A stretch of 63,301 nt of DNA, the filler included, from Chiloscyllium plagiosum (Eukaryota): the NCBI RefSeq assembly GCF_004010195.1. It is 4 parts of one record of this genome, joined end to end, with 100 filler letters (N's around TTAATTAATTAA, not from the genome) between each part and the next. Parts side by side here need not be neighbours in the genome. Positions count along the whole stretch, not along the records: positions 30,399 to 55,329 come from NC_057711.1; 3 more parts are not named here. One strand, written 5' to 3'. Below, one piece after another: positions 36,460 through 49,210 of the stretch (the stretch's first letter is position 1; every line of letters starts with the position of its first letter). The notes under the pieces are model-generated. The model ran no database searches and had not been told where the DNA came from. It saw nothing but the letters and a program-made list of their open reading frames with translations. The position numbers and the translations under genes are program-made.

Positions 36460-37434
36460 GCTACCTTCTCCCTAGACCCATCCCCCTCCCATTTATCTCT
36501 CCACCCTGGAGGCTCCCTGCCTTCATTCCTGATTAAGGGATTTTGCCCAAAACATCGAATTCCCTGCTCCTCAGATGCTGCCTGATCTGCTGTGCTTTTC
36601 CAGCACCACTCTAATCTAAACTCTGATTTCCAGCATCTGCAGTACTCACTTCTGCATAACTGGGGAATCCTGAGTGGGAGATAAGGGGCGCCGACAGTCA
36701 GTATCACTGGTGAACTCTGAGTGGGAGATAAGGGGCATTGACAGTCAGTATAACTGGGGAACCCTGAGTGGGTGATAAGGGACACTGACAGTCAGTATCA
36801 CTCGGGAACCCTGAGTGGGAGATAAGGGACACCGACAGTCAGTATCACTCGGGAACGCTGAGTGGGAGATAAGGGACACTGATAGTCAGTATCACTGGGG
36901 AATCCTGATCTCTGGTGTTTGTTCAGCAAAAGATCTGCCAGCATCAAGAGAACCAGCCACAGCCAGTCGCGGACTTAGGAAAAGAAGGGGAGCTAGCAAT
37001 CTTCTCCTCCAAGAGCTTCCAAGTACTGACAAGAAGTGACAGAAGAGCAAAGAGACCGACCGGGGCCAGCGCCAGTGATATCCACCACTGTCCAAGACAA
37101 CAGAAGCTACTTTGGGGGTGAGCATAAGATTATCAAGACCCTGTGTCCGCTCTCAGTAAAATAGGGTAGGAACGGTGTACTTCGGTGCCGACGGTGCTTC
37201 TGTGCTGATAGCCATGTTCAGTACCCATGGGGGTGGCCTCAACTGTGGTCTTCGGTTAATGTTACGCTTAAGGTGACCCCACTACACTATATACACACAA
37301 ACACACACACACGTCTATGGGGTGAATTTGTATTTGCAGAATTATATTTGCAAATACATTCCATTTTGCTCAAAAGATGCACAATCTGCAGGCAGTCAAT
37401 CCATGGGATATTTTGTAAATTCCGCTTTCGAAAT

Positions 37435-38340
37435 TTACTGTGGAAAAGGATATGGAAGACGCAGACTGTAGGGAAATAGATGGGAACATCTTGCAAAATG
37501 TCCATATTATAGAGGAGGAAGTGCTGGAGGTCTTGGAATGCATAAAGGTGGATAAATCACCAGGACCTGATCAGGTGTACCGGATAACTCTGTGGGAAGG
37601 TAGAGAAGTGATTGCTAGGCCTCTTGCTGAGATATTTATATCATCGATAGTCATATCGAGGTTGGCAAACGTGCCACTGTTTAAAAAGAGCGGTAAAGAC
37701 AAGCCAGGGAACTATAGACTGGTGAGCCTGACCTCGGTGGTGGGTAAGTTGTTGGAGGGAATCCTGAAGGACAGTTTGTACATTTTTGATAAGGGATAGC
37801 ATTACAGCTGTGCTGAGGGAGGATATTCCCGGAAACACATTCAGGGAACTGAGAAATAAGAAAGGGATGATAACCTTATTGGGATTGTATTCTAGACCCC
37901 CTAATAGTCAGAGGGAAATTGAGAAACAACCTTGTAAGGAGATCTCAGCTATCTGTAAGAATAATAGGGTGGTTATGGTAGGGGATTTTAACTTTCCAAA
38001 CATCGACTGGGACTGCCATAGTGTTAAGGGTTTAGATGGAGAGGAATTTCTTAAGTGTGTACAAGACAATTTTCTGATTCAGTGTGTGGATGTACCTACT
38101 AGAGAAGGTGCAAAACCCTTGGTAAATAAGGCAGGGCAGTTGACTGAGGTGTTAGTGGAAGAGCACTTTGGGGCCAGCAACCATAATTCTATTAGATTTA
38201 AAATAGTGATGGAAAAGGATAGACCAGATCTAAAAGTTGAAGTTGAAGTTGGAGAAAGGCCAATTTTGGCAGTATTATGCAAGAACTTTCGAAAGCTGAT
38301 TGGGGCAGATGTTCACAGGTAAAGGGGTGGCTGGAAAATA
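37435..38340 (+). mobile_element. Two fused CR1 ORF2 fragments (RT-proximal, then APE endonuclease)
   Basis: KVDKSPGPDQVY...FKKSGKDKPGNYRLVSLTSVVGKLLE (37440-37799), then LGLYSRPPNS...VMVGDFNFPNIDW...FGASNHN (37786-38322). Confidence 0.9.
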
Positions 38341-39599
38341 AGAGTCAACCATATTGCTGTGACTCTGACTCTGTTGGTCAGACCAGTTAAAGATGACAGA
38401 TTTCCTTCCCTAAAGGACATTAGTGAACCAAATGGATACTTATAACAATCACTCATGGTTTTATGATTTCCTTTCTCTTTAATTCTTGAACTTTATTGAA
38501 TTCTGGCATGGTGAAATTATGAACTCATACCCAGACCATAAGGCTATAGTTTTGGATTACCAGCACAGTGACATCACTACAATAACACCTCATAGAATGA
38601 GAGCAGACTGATTAGGAGTATAGCACTGGCATTGGTAAGTTGTATCAGAGGCCCATTTTTGCACTATAAATCCCATATAAAATGCAGCAATACAATATTG
38701 GCATAAGCACAGAATATTTGATTGAATAATTTACAAATGTCGTCAGGACCAATTTGAAATTTGATTACCTGTAAACCAATGGGCAGTTGTGATGACAGGA
38801 ATAATCAGCTGAAAACTTGGGATGGGCAGTTAAGTGGCAAAAGCTGATGTAATAGATTCTATTCACTTTCTGATTGGCTACAGCAATCTAAAGCTCTTTG
38901 ATCAACCATGATGAATCAGAATTTCTACACTGACATCTTTAAATGTTTGTGAAAACTTCTTAAAGTATGCGATATAGATGTGATGAAAAGTACAAATGCG
39001 GGCCATATTAGATTAAATTATCTATGTGCTTTCCAAGTGTTTGGTTGGAATTTTCCAGACCTCTTGAGGATGACTAGAGGCAGGAACATTCGCAAAATGG
39101 TGCAGGGAAATGTCAGAACAAGAGCCCATCACCAAATCAATGGCAACATAACTTACGCAGTCCCCAACCAGGGGGCCATTTGAGCCACTAAAGTCATCAA
39201 TGCAGGACTACTTCCTGCTTTGAATGGACATTTTGCCCATATCAGTAGAGGTGTTGGGGGCAGTGCGTGAGCTGGTGTGTGGTGAGATCAGAAGGTGACA
39301 TTGTGTGGGTGGAATTGGAGATGTTTAATTGAGGCTTTATTTTTGGGGCACTCCATGACTCACAGGGACAACCTTCAACAACAGTCTCATAGGAATGGCA
39401 CTGCCAGCACTCAGAAACCCACCCCCTCTTCTGCCCACCCATGTGCCCCTTCAATCACAAGGGCTGCCTGCCTGGCCAGAGCATTCCAAATTCCTACTCA
39501 CCTATTTCTACTGGCACCCAGCCATTAAGGAATTTTCTCTGTGAAACTGCAGCTAATGTTTCAGCATTGGATACCATTATCAATGGCACTGTTAAGATG

Positions 39600-40652
39600 C
39601 AAAGGATCATCTTCCCCTGTCCACACCTCCCAACCCACCAGCCTCTGCATTCAAAGGATCAGTCCCACCCTGGTCATTTCCCACAACTCCACCTCCGTCA
39701 AGATACCACCACCAAACACATCTTCCCCTCCCTCCCACTGTCAGAATTCCACAGGTACTGTTCCCTCGATGACACCCTGGTCCACTCTTCCATCACTTCT
39801 CATACATCCTCAGAAACCCCCAAACCCCATCCCACTCCATGACACTTTCTTATGCATTCATAGAAGGTGTAACGTTTTCCCTTCACCTCATCTCTCCTCA
39901 TTGACCAAGGCCCCAAACACACTTTCTAGCTGAAGGAGCATTTTACTTCTACTTCTTTCAATCTATTACACTCAATACACTGCTTGCAATGCTGTCTCAT
40001 TTACATCGGTGAGATCAAATGAAGATGAGGTAATAAATTTGCAGAACAATTCCACCGTGCCTATAAAGATGATCCAATCTTACAGTTGCTTGCCATTTTA
40101 GTAAACCATCTTGCTCCCTATTATTTTTATGTCTAGGCACAGTGTTCCAACAAAGCTCAACACAGGCTGAAGGAACATCTCATTTTCCCCTTCGGCAGTT
40201 TGCAGCCTCTAGGATTCACTGTCGGGTTTACCAACTTCAGAAAACAATCCCTGTCCTCCATTTTACTTACAACCATCCTCACCTAATCCCAGCTATGTCT
40301 TGTTTGTGCCTTGTTGACTCTCAGAAGTGCGAATTCATTTTATCTCTTTCACACCTAACATTTATAATTATTTTACACATCTATCTCTTCTTTACCAACT
40401 TTAGCATTCCCTTTTGTCATTTGATCAGGGCACACTCACCATCTATTCCATTCACTCTTCCTCCCTCTCTGTCAACAGTATAAAACCCATTATTTTCCAG
40501 CTCCTTCCAATTCTGAAGAAGAATCATGTCAGACTCAAAATATTGCCTGTTTCTCTCTCCACAGATGTCACAAGCTCTGCTAAGATCTAGTGTTTTCCAG
40601 CATTTTCTTTTTCATTACTTCAGATGTTGAGTATCTGGAGTATTTTGCTTTT
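39600..40652 (+). mobile_element. Old degenerate Neptune-type PLE 3' part
   Basis: QDTTTKHIFPSLPLSEFHR.CSLDDTLVHS; degenerate GIY-YIG; terminal motif CTGAAGA A GAATC ATGTCA GACTC AAAA TATT at 40513 plus family tail. Confidence 0.8.
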
Positions 40653-42635
40653 AAGTGCACCGTTAAGACTGTTGAGCTGCAGATCCTCTGGTGTTGGCCT
40701 GGTTGAGGCCACTTAGTAGGCTTCCACCAGCAATATGCCTCCCTACATCCTTTGGCTGGCCAAAGCAGGGTCACTCCCAACTCTGCAGCATTTAGTCCTT
40801 AACCTTTTTAAGTAAATGAATAACCTAATCAGTGTAAATTTGCAGTATGGCAGGCAAACTTTTCCTAATGCACACTCAACAAAATTGCTTTAAAATAGAT
40901 TTAAAAAGTTACTCTTGCTGAAATAGTTAAACTTGTTCAGTTGTTGCAAAATTAAAATCATTCATAATCTATGTTCTATCAAGGAAAATGAGTGTGCATT
41001 TGTAAGGAGCCAGTTTCAGGCATTATCTCCTGAGGATATGCTGTACTGTATCAGAAAACAGTTCTTCAATCTCTTTACATTGTAACGTGATGATACACGT
41101 TAATCTGTAAGAGAACTGAGACCAGACAGAGTTGAAGCCGGGTGCTACTTCATATTTTTATTTAATCAACTTAAATTACAAACTTGAAATGTCCAGAGAT
41201 ATCTTACAACAAAAAATCCGACTTATTGAAATTCAAAGCATTTTAACATCTTGTGATAATGGCACTGCAGTTCCACAAATATGACATATCAAAGTGCATT
41301 TTTGTATTTATACTGCCTTAACTTAAATCATTTATATACAGCTCTGTTACCAACAAATGTGAGAAAGGAAAGCTCTGAAAAACTGAGCAGAAAAAAGAAT
41401 CATTTCAAAAAGAAATTGAAAATAGTAAAACTGTATTTCCAGCAGAGCTTGACTGAAACTTCTGCAGAAAATTTCTTAAATGCAGACTCAACGTTTCAGA
41501 AGCCTAAGATCAATGCCTAAGTATTGCTGCATGTTGCTTCTCTTATATGGCAGATTTTGCATATGAAAAACAATGACTTTGACATTGTTTATTTATGCCT
41601 TACATTATTTACCAATAAAACACATTTACATTTTAGACCAGAAAGAGACAGTCCTACATAAGAAGCACCTAATAAATTGGAATTCATCTGAAAGTTTATA
41701 ACCATAACATTTATGGTTGTTGTTATCAAAATATTGCACTTTATGCAACTAATTTCGAAGATCACATTGTTTAAAAAATGATTGTGGAAACTGTATACAG
41801 AGGGTGCTACCTGTGATGAGTTTGTTCAAAAGAATAATTTGAAACAGTTTGATGCCACTGTCTGAAGTGGCCATGTAATTGCTTTCAAATTTATACCGAC
41901 AATTGTTTTTGAGATTTCAGAACTTGTCAACTTGAATCGAAAATGATGATGCTACAATCTCAGCTGAAGGTAATACTGGACAAAATCCCAGAGTGAAATC
42001 TGGCTTGATGAACCTTAAGTTTTATTCTCTCTTTTTGTTCATCATGGTGGTCAGTCACTGAATATATTCACAAGAGGCTGCCAAGGTACTTTTAGCAAAA
42101 GCACACAGAAAGTTATTACGCAAAAAAAGGAAAACACAAACTATACAAGTGCATTGGAACACATACAGCATTAAGGACCCCGGCCAAAACTGGGGAAAAA
42201 AAAATCATTTGTTAGAGTAATCCTTAGTACAAATGAAGCTGTGGTTGGATGTGAATCATCTTAGCCCTGGGAAGTCACGGAAGGGATTCCATACGGTAGA
42301 AATCCTAGCCCAACTATCTTCAGCTGCTTAATGAATGACCTGCTTTCCGTCACAAGTAGAGAATTTCGCCAAGCATCATTCACAACTCCCCAGATACAGA
42401 AGCAGTCAATGTCCATATGCAATATGACCTGGACACTACGTGCTTGGACTGACAAGTGATAAGTAACAATGATGCTACATAAGTATCAAATAATGATCAT
42501 TAACCAAGAGAGAATATAACCATCACCCTTGACATTCAATGGCATTACATCACTGAATCTCCCATTATCAACATCCGAGGAGCTGTTATTTGCTCAAACC
42601 TGAGATGAACTGCATAAATACTGTTGCTACAAGAG

Positions 42636-42949
42636 TAGATTAGATTATTTACAGTGTGGAAACAGGCCCTTCGGCCCAACAAGTCCACACCGACCCGCCG
42701 AAGCGCAACCCACCCATACCCCTACATTTACCCCTTTTAACGTAACACTACGGACAATTTAGCATGGCCAATTCACCTGACCTGCACATCTTTGGACTGT
42801 GGGAGGAAACCGGAGCACCCAGAGGAAACCCACGCAGACACGGGGAGAATGTGCAAACTCCACACAGTCAGTCGCCTGAGTCGGGAATTGAACCAGGGTC
42901 TCTGACACTGTGAGGCAGCAGTGCTAACCACTGTGCCACCGTGCCGCCC
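42636..42949 (-). mobile_element. HE1-type V-SINE, full length, young
   Basis: Complete head, core and tail, CpGs retained; possible TSD acaaga. Confidence 0.92.
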
Positions 42950-43473
42950 ACAAGATAAGAGGCCAGAAATTCTGCAGTAAATAACTCAACTCCTGACTCC
43001 CCAAAACCCATCCATCATTGACAAGACACAAGTCAGGAGCATGATGAACCACCACCCTCCACCCCCACCCCCCCTACCCCGCCGCCAACCAAACTTGCCT
43101 GGATGAATGCAGCTTCAACAACACAAGAAGTTTAACACATCCAGAATATTGCAACTGATTTGTACTTCATCCCATTCACCACTCTCAGCATTCACTCCTT
43201 CCACCACTAATGCAGAGCAAGAGCGTGTAACATCTATAAGGTACACTCTATATAGTCTGCAACAGCAAGTGCAGTAGATATACGGAAGAACCATTGACTG
43301 CAATTTCCCCTCCAAGCTACGTACAAACTTGACATGGAACTGTAGAATCACTGTTTCTTCACTGTCATTTGAACTCTCTCCCTGTCAGCCCTACGCATGT
43401 ACCACCCACACTACCCCATGGACAGTAGTGTTCTATAGAAGCCCATCACTATTTTAAGAAGTGAAATTAGGGA

Positions 43474-43822
43474 GGTGGCTAAGTGCTTAACACTGCTGCC
43501 TCACAGCACCAGGGACCTGGCTTCGATTCCAGCCCCAGGCGACTGTCTGTGTGGAGTTTGCACATTTTCCCTGTGTCTGCATTGGTTTTCTCCGGGTGTT
43601 CCGGTTTCCTCCCACAATCTGAAGATGTGCAGTTTAGGTGAATTGACCATACTAAATTGCCCTTAGTGTTCAGGGATGTCTAGGTTATGTGCATTAGTCA
43701 GGAGCAAATGTAAAGTAATAGGGTAGGGGAATGGGTCTGGGTGGGTTACTCTTTGGAGGGTCAGAGTGGACTTGTTAGGCTGAAGAGCCTGTTTCTACAC
43801 TGTAGGGATTCTATGATTCGAT
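43474..43822 (+). mobile_element. HE1-type V-SINE
   Basis: cactgctgcctcacagcaccagggacctggcttcgattcc head; tail cctgtttctacactgtagggattctatgatt. Confidence 0.88.
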
Positions 43823-43979
43823 GATGGACCTCGCCAACAACACCCACAAACCATAAACAAATTAAAAATATCAAAAAAAATCAGTGTACACCTTCTTCCA
43901 GTCCAAAGTAATTTGTTTCCTGCAAATTATTCAACTTCTTATCCATGCTGTCTCTGTCCCTTGATTCCATAACCTTTAA

Positions 43980-46900
43980 AGTAGCAACCTGAGCAGGGAG
44001 ACAAAGGAGGGAGAAACAAGGATGGAATTAAAAAACAGAACGATAAGAACTAAAAGTGGAAGCCAGAAAAAATCAGGGTGAGAACCAAATGGTGCCAAAG
44101 TGCAAAATAAATATTAAATAACTAATACCATTAAAAATACAAGTCTAAAGGCATCGTGTCTGAATGCATTGAGCATTCGTAATAGGGTAGATGAATTAGC
44201 AGTGCAAATAGATTTAAACGGTTATGATATTGTTGCAATTACAGAGACATGGCTGAAATGTTATCAAGGCTGAGAACTGAACACCCAGTAATTATTTAAA
44301 AGGCATAGACAATAAGGGAAAGGAAATGGAGTAGCAATGTTAGTAAATGAGCAAATCAATCCAATGTTGAGAAGGGATATTGACTCAGACTGTCATGATG
44401 TGGAATCTGCATGTATGAAAAAAAGGAAGACCAGGAGCAGAAAACATGTTTGGGGCCATCTAAGGTCCCCAAACAGTGGTGGACAATTAAGAAAAGGAAT
44501 TAAACAAGAAAACAAGGATGCACATAATAAGGGTACATAATGGGTGACTTTAATTTAGATATAGATCGGACACACCAAACTAGCAATGGTGCAGCAGAGG
44601 AGGGCTTCCTGGAGTGTGTACATGATGATTTTTTCAGATTAATACATTGAGGAACGAACGAGAGAACTGGTTATTCTAGACTGGGGGTACTGTGTAACAA
44701 AGAAAGATTAATTAACAATCTTGTTGTGTGGATCCCTTGGAATAGTAGTTGTAGAATGATAGAATTCTTCATTTACATAGAGAATGAATTACTAGAATCA
44801 GAAACTATGATCCTGATTCTAAATAAAGAGAACTATCAGGTGGGATGTGAACTGGCAAGGGTGATTTGGGGACATTTCTAAAGGAGTTGATGATGAGGAG
44901 CCAGTGGTTCATATTTAGAGAACATATGCATAGAATTACAGCAATTATTCACTCCTGAGTTCTGGAATTATTCACTCGACCCAAAACGTTAACTCTGACT
45001 TCTCTCCACAGATGCTGCCAGATCTGCTGAGTTTTTCCTGTAATTTCTGTATTTGTTTCTGATTTACAGCATCTGCAGTTTTTTGGTTTTTAATTACTCA
45101 TTCCTGTCTGGCACAAAAGAAAGGTGGGTCAACCATGGCTTACAAAAGTAATTAGGGATATTGTTACATAAAAGAGGAGCCATATAAAATTGCCAGAAAA
45201 ATCAGTAAGCATGATGTTTGGGAGATTTTAAAATTCAGCAAAAGAAGACAAAGAGGTTGATTAAGAGGGTAAAAATAGAGTATAAGAGTAAAATTACAAA
45301 GAACATAGGAACTGATTGTAAAAGCTTTAAAAATTATGTGAAGAGAAAAAGCTTAGTAATGATGAATGTAGATCACTCAGGGTCAGAGGCCTGAAAATTA
45401 AAATAGGAACAAAGAAATTGCAGGAGAACAAATATTTTGGTTCTAGCTTCACAAAAGAGAGCACACGTAATCTCCAAGAAATCTTAGGGAACCAATTGTC
45501 TAGTGAGAGGGTGGAACTGAAGGAAATGATGAACAAGAAAATGGTTCTGGGGAAATTAATGAAGTTAAAGGCTGAAAAATACCAGGGACTGAGAGTCTAC
45601 ATCCCAGAGGACTAAAGGAAGTGGCTCTGGAAATATTATAGGCATTGGCAGTCATCTTCCAAAATTCTGGAGGAGTTCCCACACAGATTGGAGGGAGGCA
45701 ATTGTAACCCCATTATTGAAGGGGAGGGAGAGAAGAAGCAGAGAATTAAAGACCAGTTAGTCCAACATCAGAAGTGGGGAAATGCTGGATTCTAATATAG
45801 AAGATGTGATAATAGAACATTTGGAAAGCATTAATGGGATTGGACAAAGTGAGCGTGAGTTTTTGAAATGCAAAAAATGCTTAACAAATCTACTCAAGTG
45901 TTTTGAGGATGTGACTATAAGGAAAACAAAATTAGTGGATGTGGTGATTTGAATTTACAAATGTATGTTAATAAAGTCCCTCATATGAAGTTAGTAGGAA
46001 AATTTAAAGCACGTGGGGATGGCATTAATACATTGGCATGGATCGAGAACTGGTTGACAGACAGGAAACGGAGAATGGGAATAATTGGGTCTTTTTCCTC
46101 AGTGACCAGCGAGATATCACAAGGATCAGTGCTTTCATGATATAAGTAAATGACCTGGATGAGGGTAGCAAATGCAAATGATGCAAAACTGGGCAGAGTT
46201 GTGATTTGCGAGGAGGCTTCAAGGTGATTTAGACAAATTGACTAAATGAACAAAAACATAACAAATGCAGGTTGTGGCAAAATGTGAAGTTATACACTTA
46301 GATGTGAAAAACAGAAGGGCAGAGTATTATTTACATGGTGATACAATGGGAAGTGTACAAAGGCCTCTGGGTCTCCTTGTGTACTAGTCAATGAAAATAC
46401 TCAGGCGGGTTCTGCAAACAACTAGCAAGGCAAATAGTTGATTGGTCTTCATGGTAAGAGAATTTGAATTAAGAAATAGAGTTTCTTTTTGCAGTTATAC
46501 AGGGCTTTAGTGAGATCATATTTGGAGTATCGCATGCAGCTTTGATCTTCCTACTTAAGAAAGGATATATTTATCAAAGAGAGAGAGCAGCAGAGGTTCA
46601 CTTGGCTGATACATGGGATGGTAGGACTATCCTATGAGGAGAGATTAGTTTGGTTGGGCCTGTATTCACTAGAGTTTGGAAGAATGAGAGAGGACCTGAT
46701 TAGAATGTATACAATTCTAATGGGCCTTGACAAGCTAGATGCAGAGAGGAGATTTTTCCTGAGGGGCACAGTCTCAGGATACACAGTAGACCATTTAGGA
46801 TTGAGATGAGGAAAGGTTTCTTCACTTAAAGCACAGTGAACCTGTTCTTGATTAATAAAGGGATCAAAGGTTACGGGGAGAAGACAGGCTAATGAGGTTA

Positions 46901-47190
46901 AGAAGCATATCAGCCGTGATCGAATGGTAGAGCAGACTCGATGGGCTGAACAGCCTAATTCTGTTTCTACATCTTATTCTCAAATGGAATTCTCTACCAC
47001 AGAAAGTTGGCAAAGTGACTGAATATATTCAAGAAAAAGATAGATAAATGTTTAGATTTTAAAGTCATCAAGGAGTATGGGGCAAAAGCAGGAATGTGAC
47101 TTTGAGATAGATCATACTGAATTGCACAACAAGCTCAAAGGGCTAAATGACCCACTCCTGTTCCTAGTTTTTCTGTTTCTATGTTATGTA
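43980..47190 (+). mobile_element. Near full-length degenerate CR1 ORF2 (APE endonuclease, RT, 3' UTR)
   Basis: CLNALSIRNRVDEL...DIVAITETWL, MGDFNL, NKYFGSSFTKE, KVPHMKL, WIENWLTDRKRR, LSYEERL.WLGLYSLE; many stops; a second CR1 tail inserted at ~46845-46980. Confidence 0.9.
44958..45091 (+). mobile_element. Solo PLE terminus inserted in CR1 with imperfect 15-bp TSD
   Basis: cactcgacccaaaacgttaactctg...tctctccacagatgctgccaga; TSD aattattcactcctg (44943-44957) / aattactcattcctg (45092-45106). Confidence 0.75.
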
Positions 47191-47383
47191 GTAATTTATC
47201 AAATAGTATCAGAGTTGAACTGCAAATGTAACTCCCCAATCACAACTTCAAAAGCCAAAGTTTAAAGGTTAGTAAATCTTTCAAATATGAATAAGTGGTT
47301 AAAAGATTGCTAATTTCAGCAAGGCACTAATTTGCAGACCTTTGACTAAAATGAAGAAACCCAATGAGGCTGAGGCATAAATT

Positions 47384-49210
47384 GGACAGAATTTAATCTT
47401 TGCAACAAGAGCGTAGTGAAATGTAAAGAGTGCAAGGGAGAAGAAAACAGTTGCGACTATCCTCGACGTGGGCAGGCTAAGCGACTTGACCTGTTAGGAA
47501 GAGAGCTGGAGTAACCACCAATGTTAAGCTTTTAAAAGGAAAGATATTGCACACAGACCCATGTATAGTACAGAACAGAAACCTGTGAGATCCCTATTCC
47601 TTGAACTTCTGAAAGCATTGTCCTACTTTGTGCATTGCACCTTCCTACCACAGATGCTGATGGACTACTCATTGACAGCTACATTTTTGGACAAGGAGAC
47701 CGCAAAATAATAGGGATGTTGTCTAAGGATGATTAAAGATGTCAGCATGACCTAATACCATGTATACATTTAGTGTCCCCTGCTCCCACAATAGACTCTC
47801 AGCAAAGATCATCCATGGAATCTTGTCTGTGGCTGTGAATTGACAATGGTGTAACAGCAGCCCTACACAAAGACTCTAACAACAAGATGTCTGGGTAAAG
47901 TGCATAAACGTATACAAAGGATGTAAATCGTTTAGTAGACATTGTCATCAATGCCACCAAAATTCTTTCAATAGGTGCTCTTCCTTCTCTCCATCCCATT
48001 GCATCTTAGTCTAATCTCTGGTTGTTCAGCTGTCTGAAAGGAACTGATCAGAAGTGGAGTCCCTTAACCCTGGACATTTGTTTGGGCAACCCTTGGGGTA
48101 CTTGTAGCTAGATGGTCTTCCCAGAGGCAAGTTGCCCCACCTCGGTTTGAACTTCCAAGACACAAAGCAGGGCAGGCAGGGTAGCGGTGGAGACCTCTAC
48201 CTGGAGGGACTGTGGAATGTCCTCAGTGGAGAGTGGTCAGTCCTCTGGGTACCTCCTGATACAGACCTGATTTCTTGCAAAGATGGGACATCTGCATTGC
48301 ATGCCTGCTGCACTGGGTTGAAGAATGGTACTTACTCAGTTGGTGGGACATTGACGTCTCTGCATCCTCACAAAAGCAATCCTGGCCTTTTCGTGCAAGG
48401 GCCAGGATCCACTCCTCAGTGAGGTACAGGATGGTGGGAACCTTTCCACCCCTATGGCCTCACTCTGCTCTGCTATGGGCTGTGTTTTCCTGTAATGAGA
48501 GAATTGAGAGATTAAGTGAAGTGAAAATGGATTGCATGATTACAATTGTTGGTTATAGTGGAAGATAAGGTGATGAGGTGTTCTGAGGGAGTAAGGAAGC
48601 AGCATAGTGGTGGGGAGTTTTGGGTGGAGGGATGACGGGGAGTGAGACCGAATGATGGAAGATATTCCACTCAATAGTGACAGTGGTTGAGTATGTGCAT
48701 TAGTGGGATGTGGGTGCAGTTGCACAGATAGAATGACTACCAGATTGCAGGCAGAAGTATGATGTTTATCCTGGGAACAGCAGAGAGGAGTTTTGTGATA
48801 AGTCTGGCCTGTTCCTGACAGGATACGGCACTGACCTGCTTGAAGGCTTCATACAAGGAAGCTGGGGCTTGGTGTCCCAGTTTTCTCTGTTGCTCCTCCA
48901 GAAACAGGACTGTACTCCTTTGCACTATCCCATCTATCGGGTTTTCTGGATTTCTGTTGGGGAATCATGGTGCCAGCATCCCCTTTTATAACATGTTCTG
49001 ATTCTGTCTCTCAATGGGTGGAGCAGCTTTCATCTGAGTCAGTGCTCATATGAGTCAGAGAAGGCTTTAAAGATGGTGCAGATGCAAGGCATGCTGGTCC
49101 TTTGACAGATATCTGGTGAGTGGCAGGTTGTTCTGGGAATAGACTCGCAGCAATAATCCCTCCAACTGTTTCAACATAACTCAGACCTTAGCCAAAAAAA
49201 AATTCCGCCC
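47384..49210 (-). mobile_element. PIF/Harbinger DNA transposon remnant with two-exon Myb/SANT pseudogene
   Basis: Imperfect TIRs ggacagaattt...aaattccgccc; reverse strand LAP*FPNRNPENPIDGIVQRSTVLF...AFKQVSAVS, then acceptor ctctcattacag (exon from 48489) ENTAHSRAE*GHRGGKVP. Confidence 0.65.

Larger units (their letters stand above)
35477..36656 (+). mobile_element. Neptune-type PLE 3' part (Cys linker, GIY-YIG, terminal repeat)
   Basis: FPCHHRNYKTCAH, VIYCIRCSQCGLLYMRETG..LAERFREH, LEEEHLIFCLGTLQSQSINVDF; degenerate hammerhead CTGATTA...AAAA at 36529-36556. Confidence 0.92.
35410..36907. repeat. 47-bp minisatellite (35410-35476 and 36657-36907) split by a PLE
   Basis: Unit gagtgggagataagggacaccgacagtcagtataactggggaaccct; about 1.5 plus 5 copies. 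Confidence 0.9.
42255..43865 (+). mobile_element. CR1/L2-class LINE of the second family, RT C-terminus and 3' end, split by two SINEs
   Basis: GIPYGRNPSPTIFSCLMNDL (degenerate GVPQGSVLGP..F...INDL); 3' end gacctcgccaacaacacccaca. Confidence 0.7.

Noticed and set aside
36657..36907. Regularly spaced repeats as a CRISPR array
   Set aside because: Contiguous 47-bp units with no unique spacers, no cas genes, vertebrate context
41087..41160. Box C/D snoRNA candidate (GTGATGA...CTGA); similar at ~41943
   Set aside because: Boxes only about 30 nt apart, no terminal box D or closing stem at the expected distance
42870..42949. tRNA gene (A and B boxes)
   Set aside because: tRNA-derived head of an HE1 SINE, continuing into SINE core and LINE-derived tail
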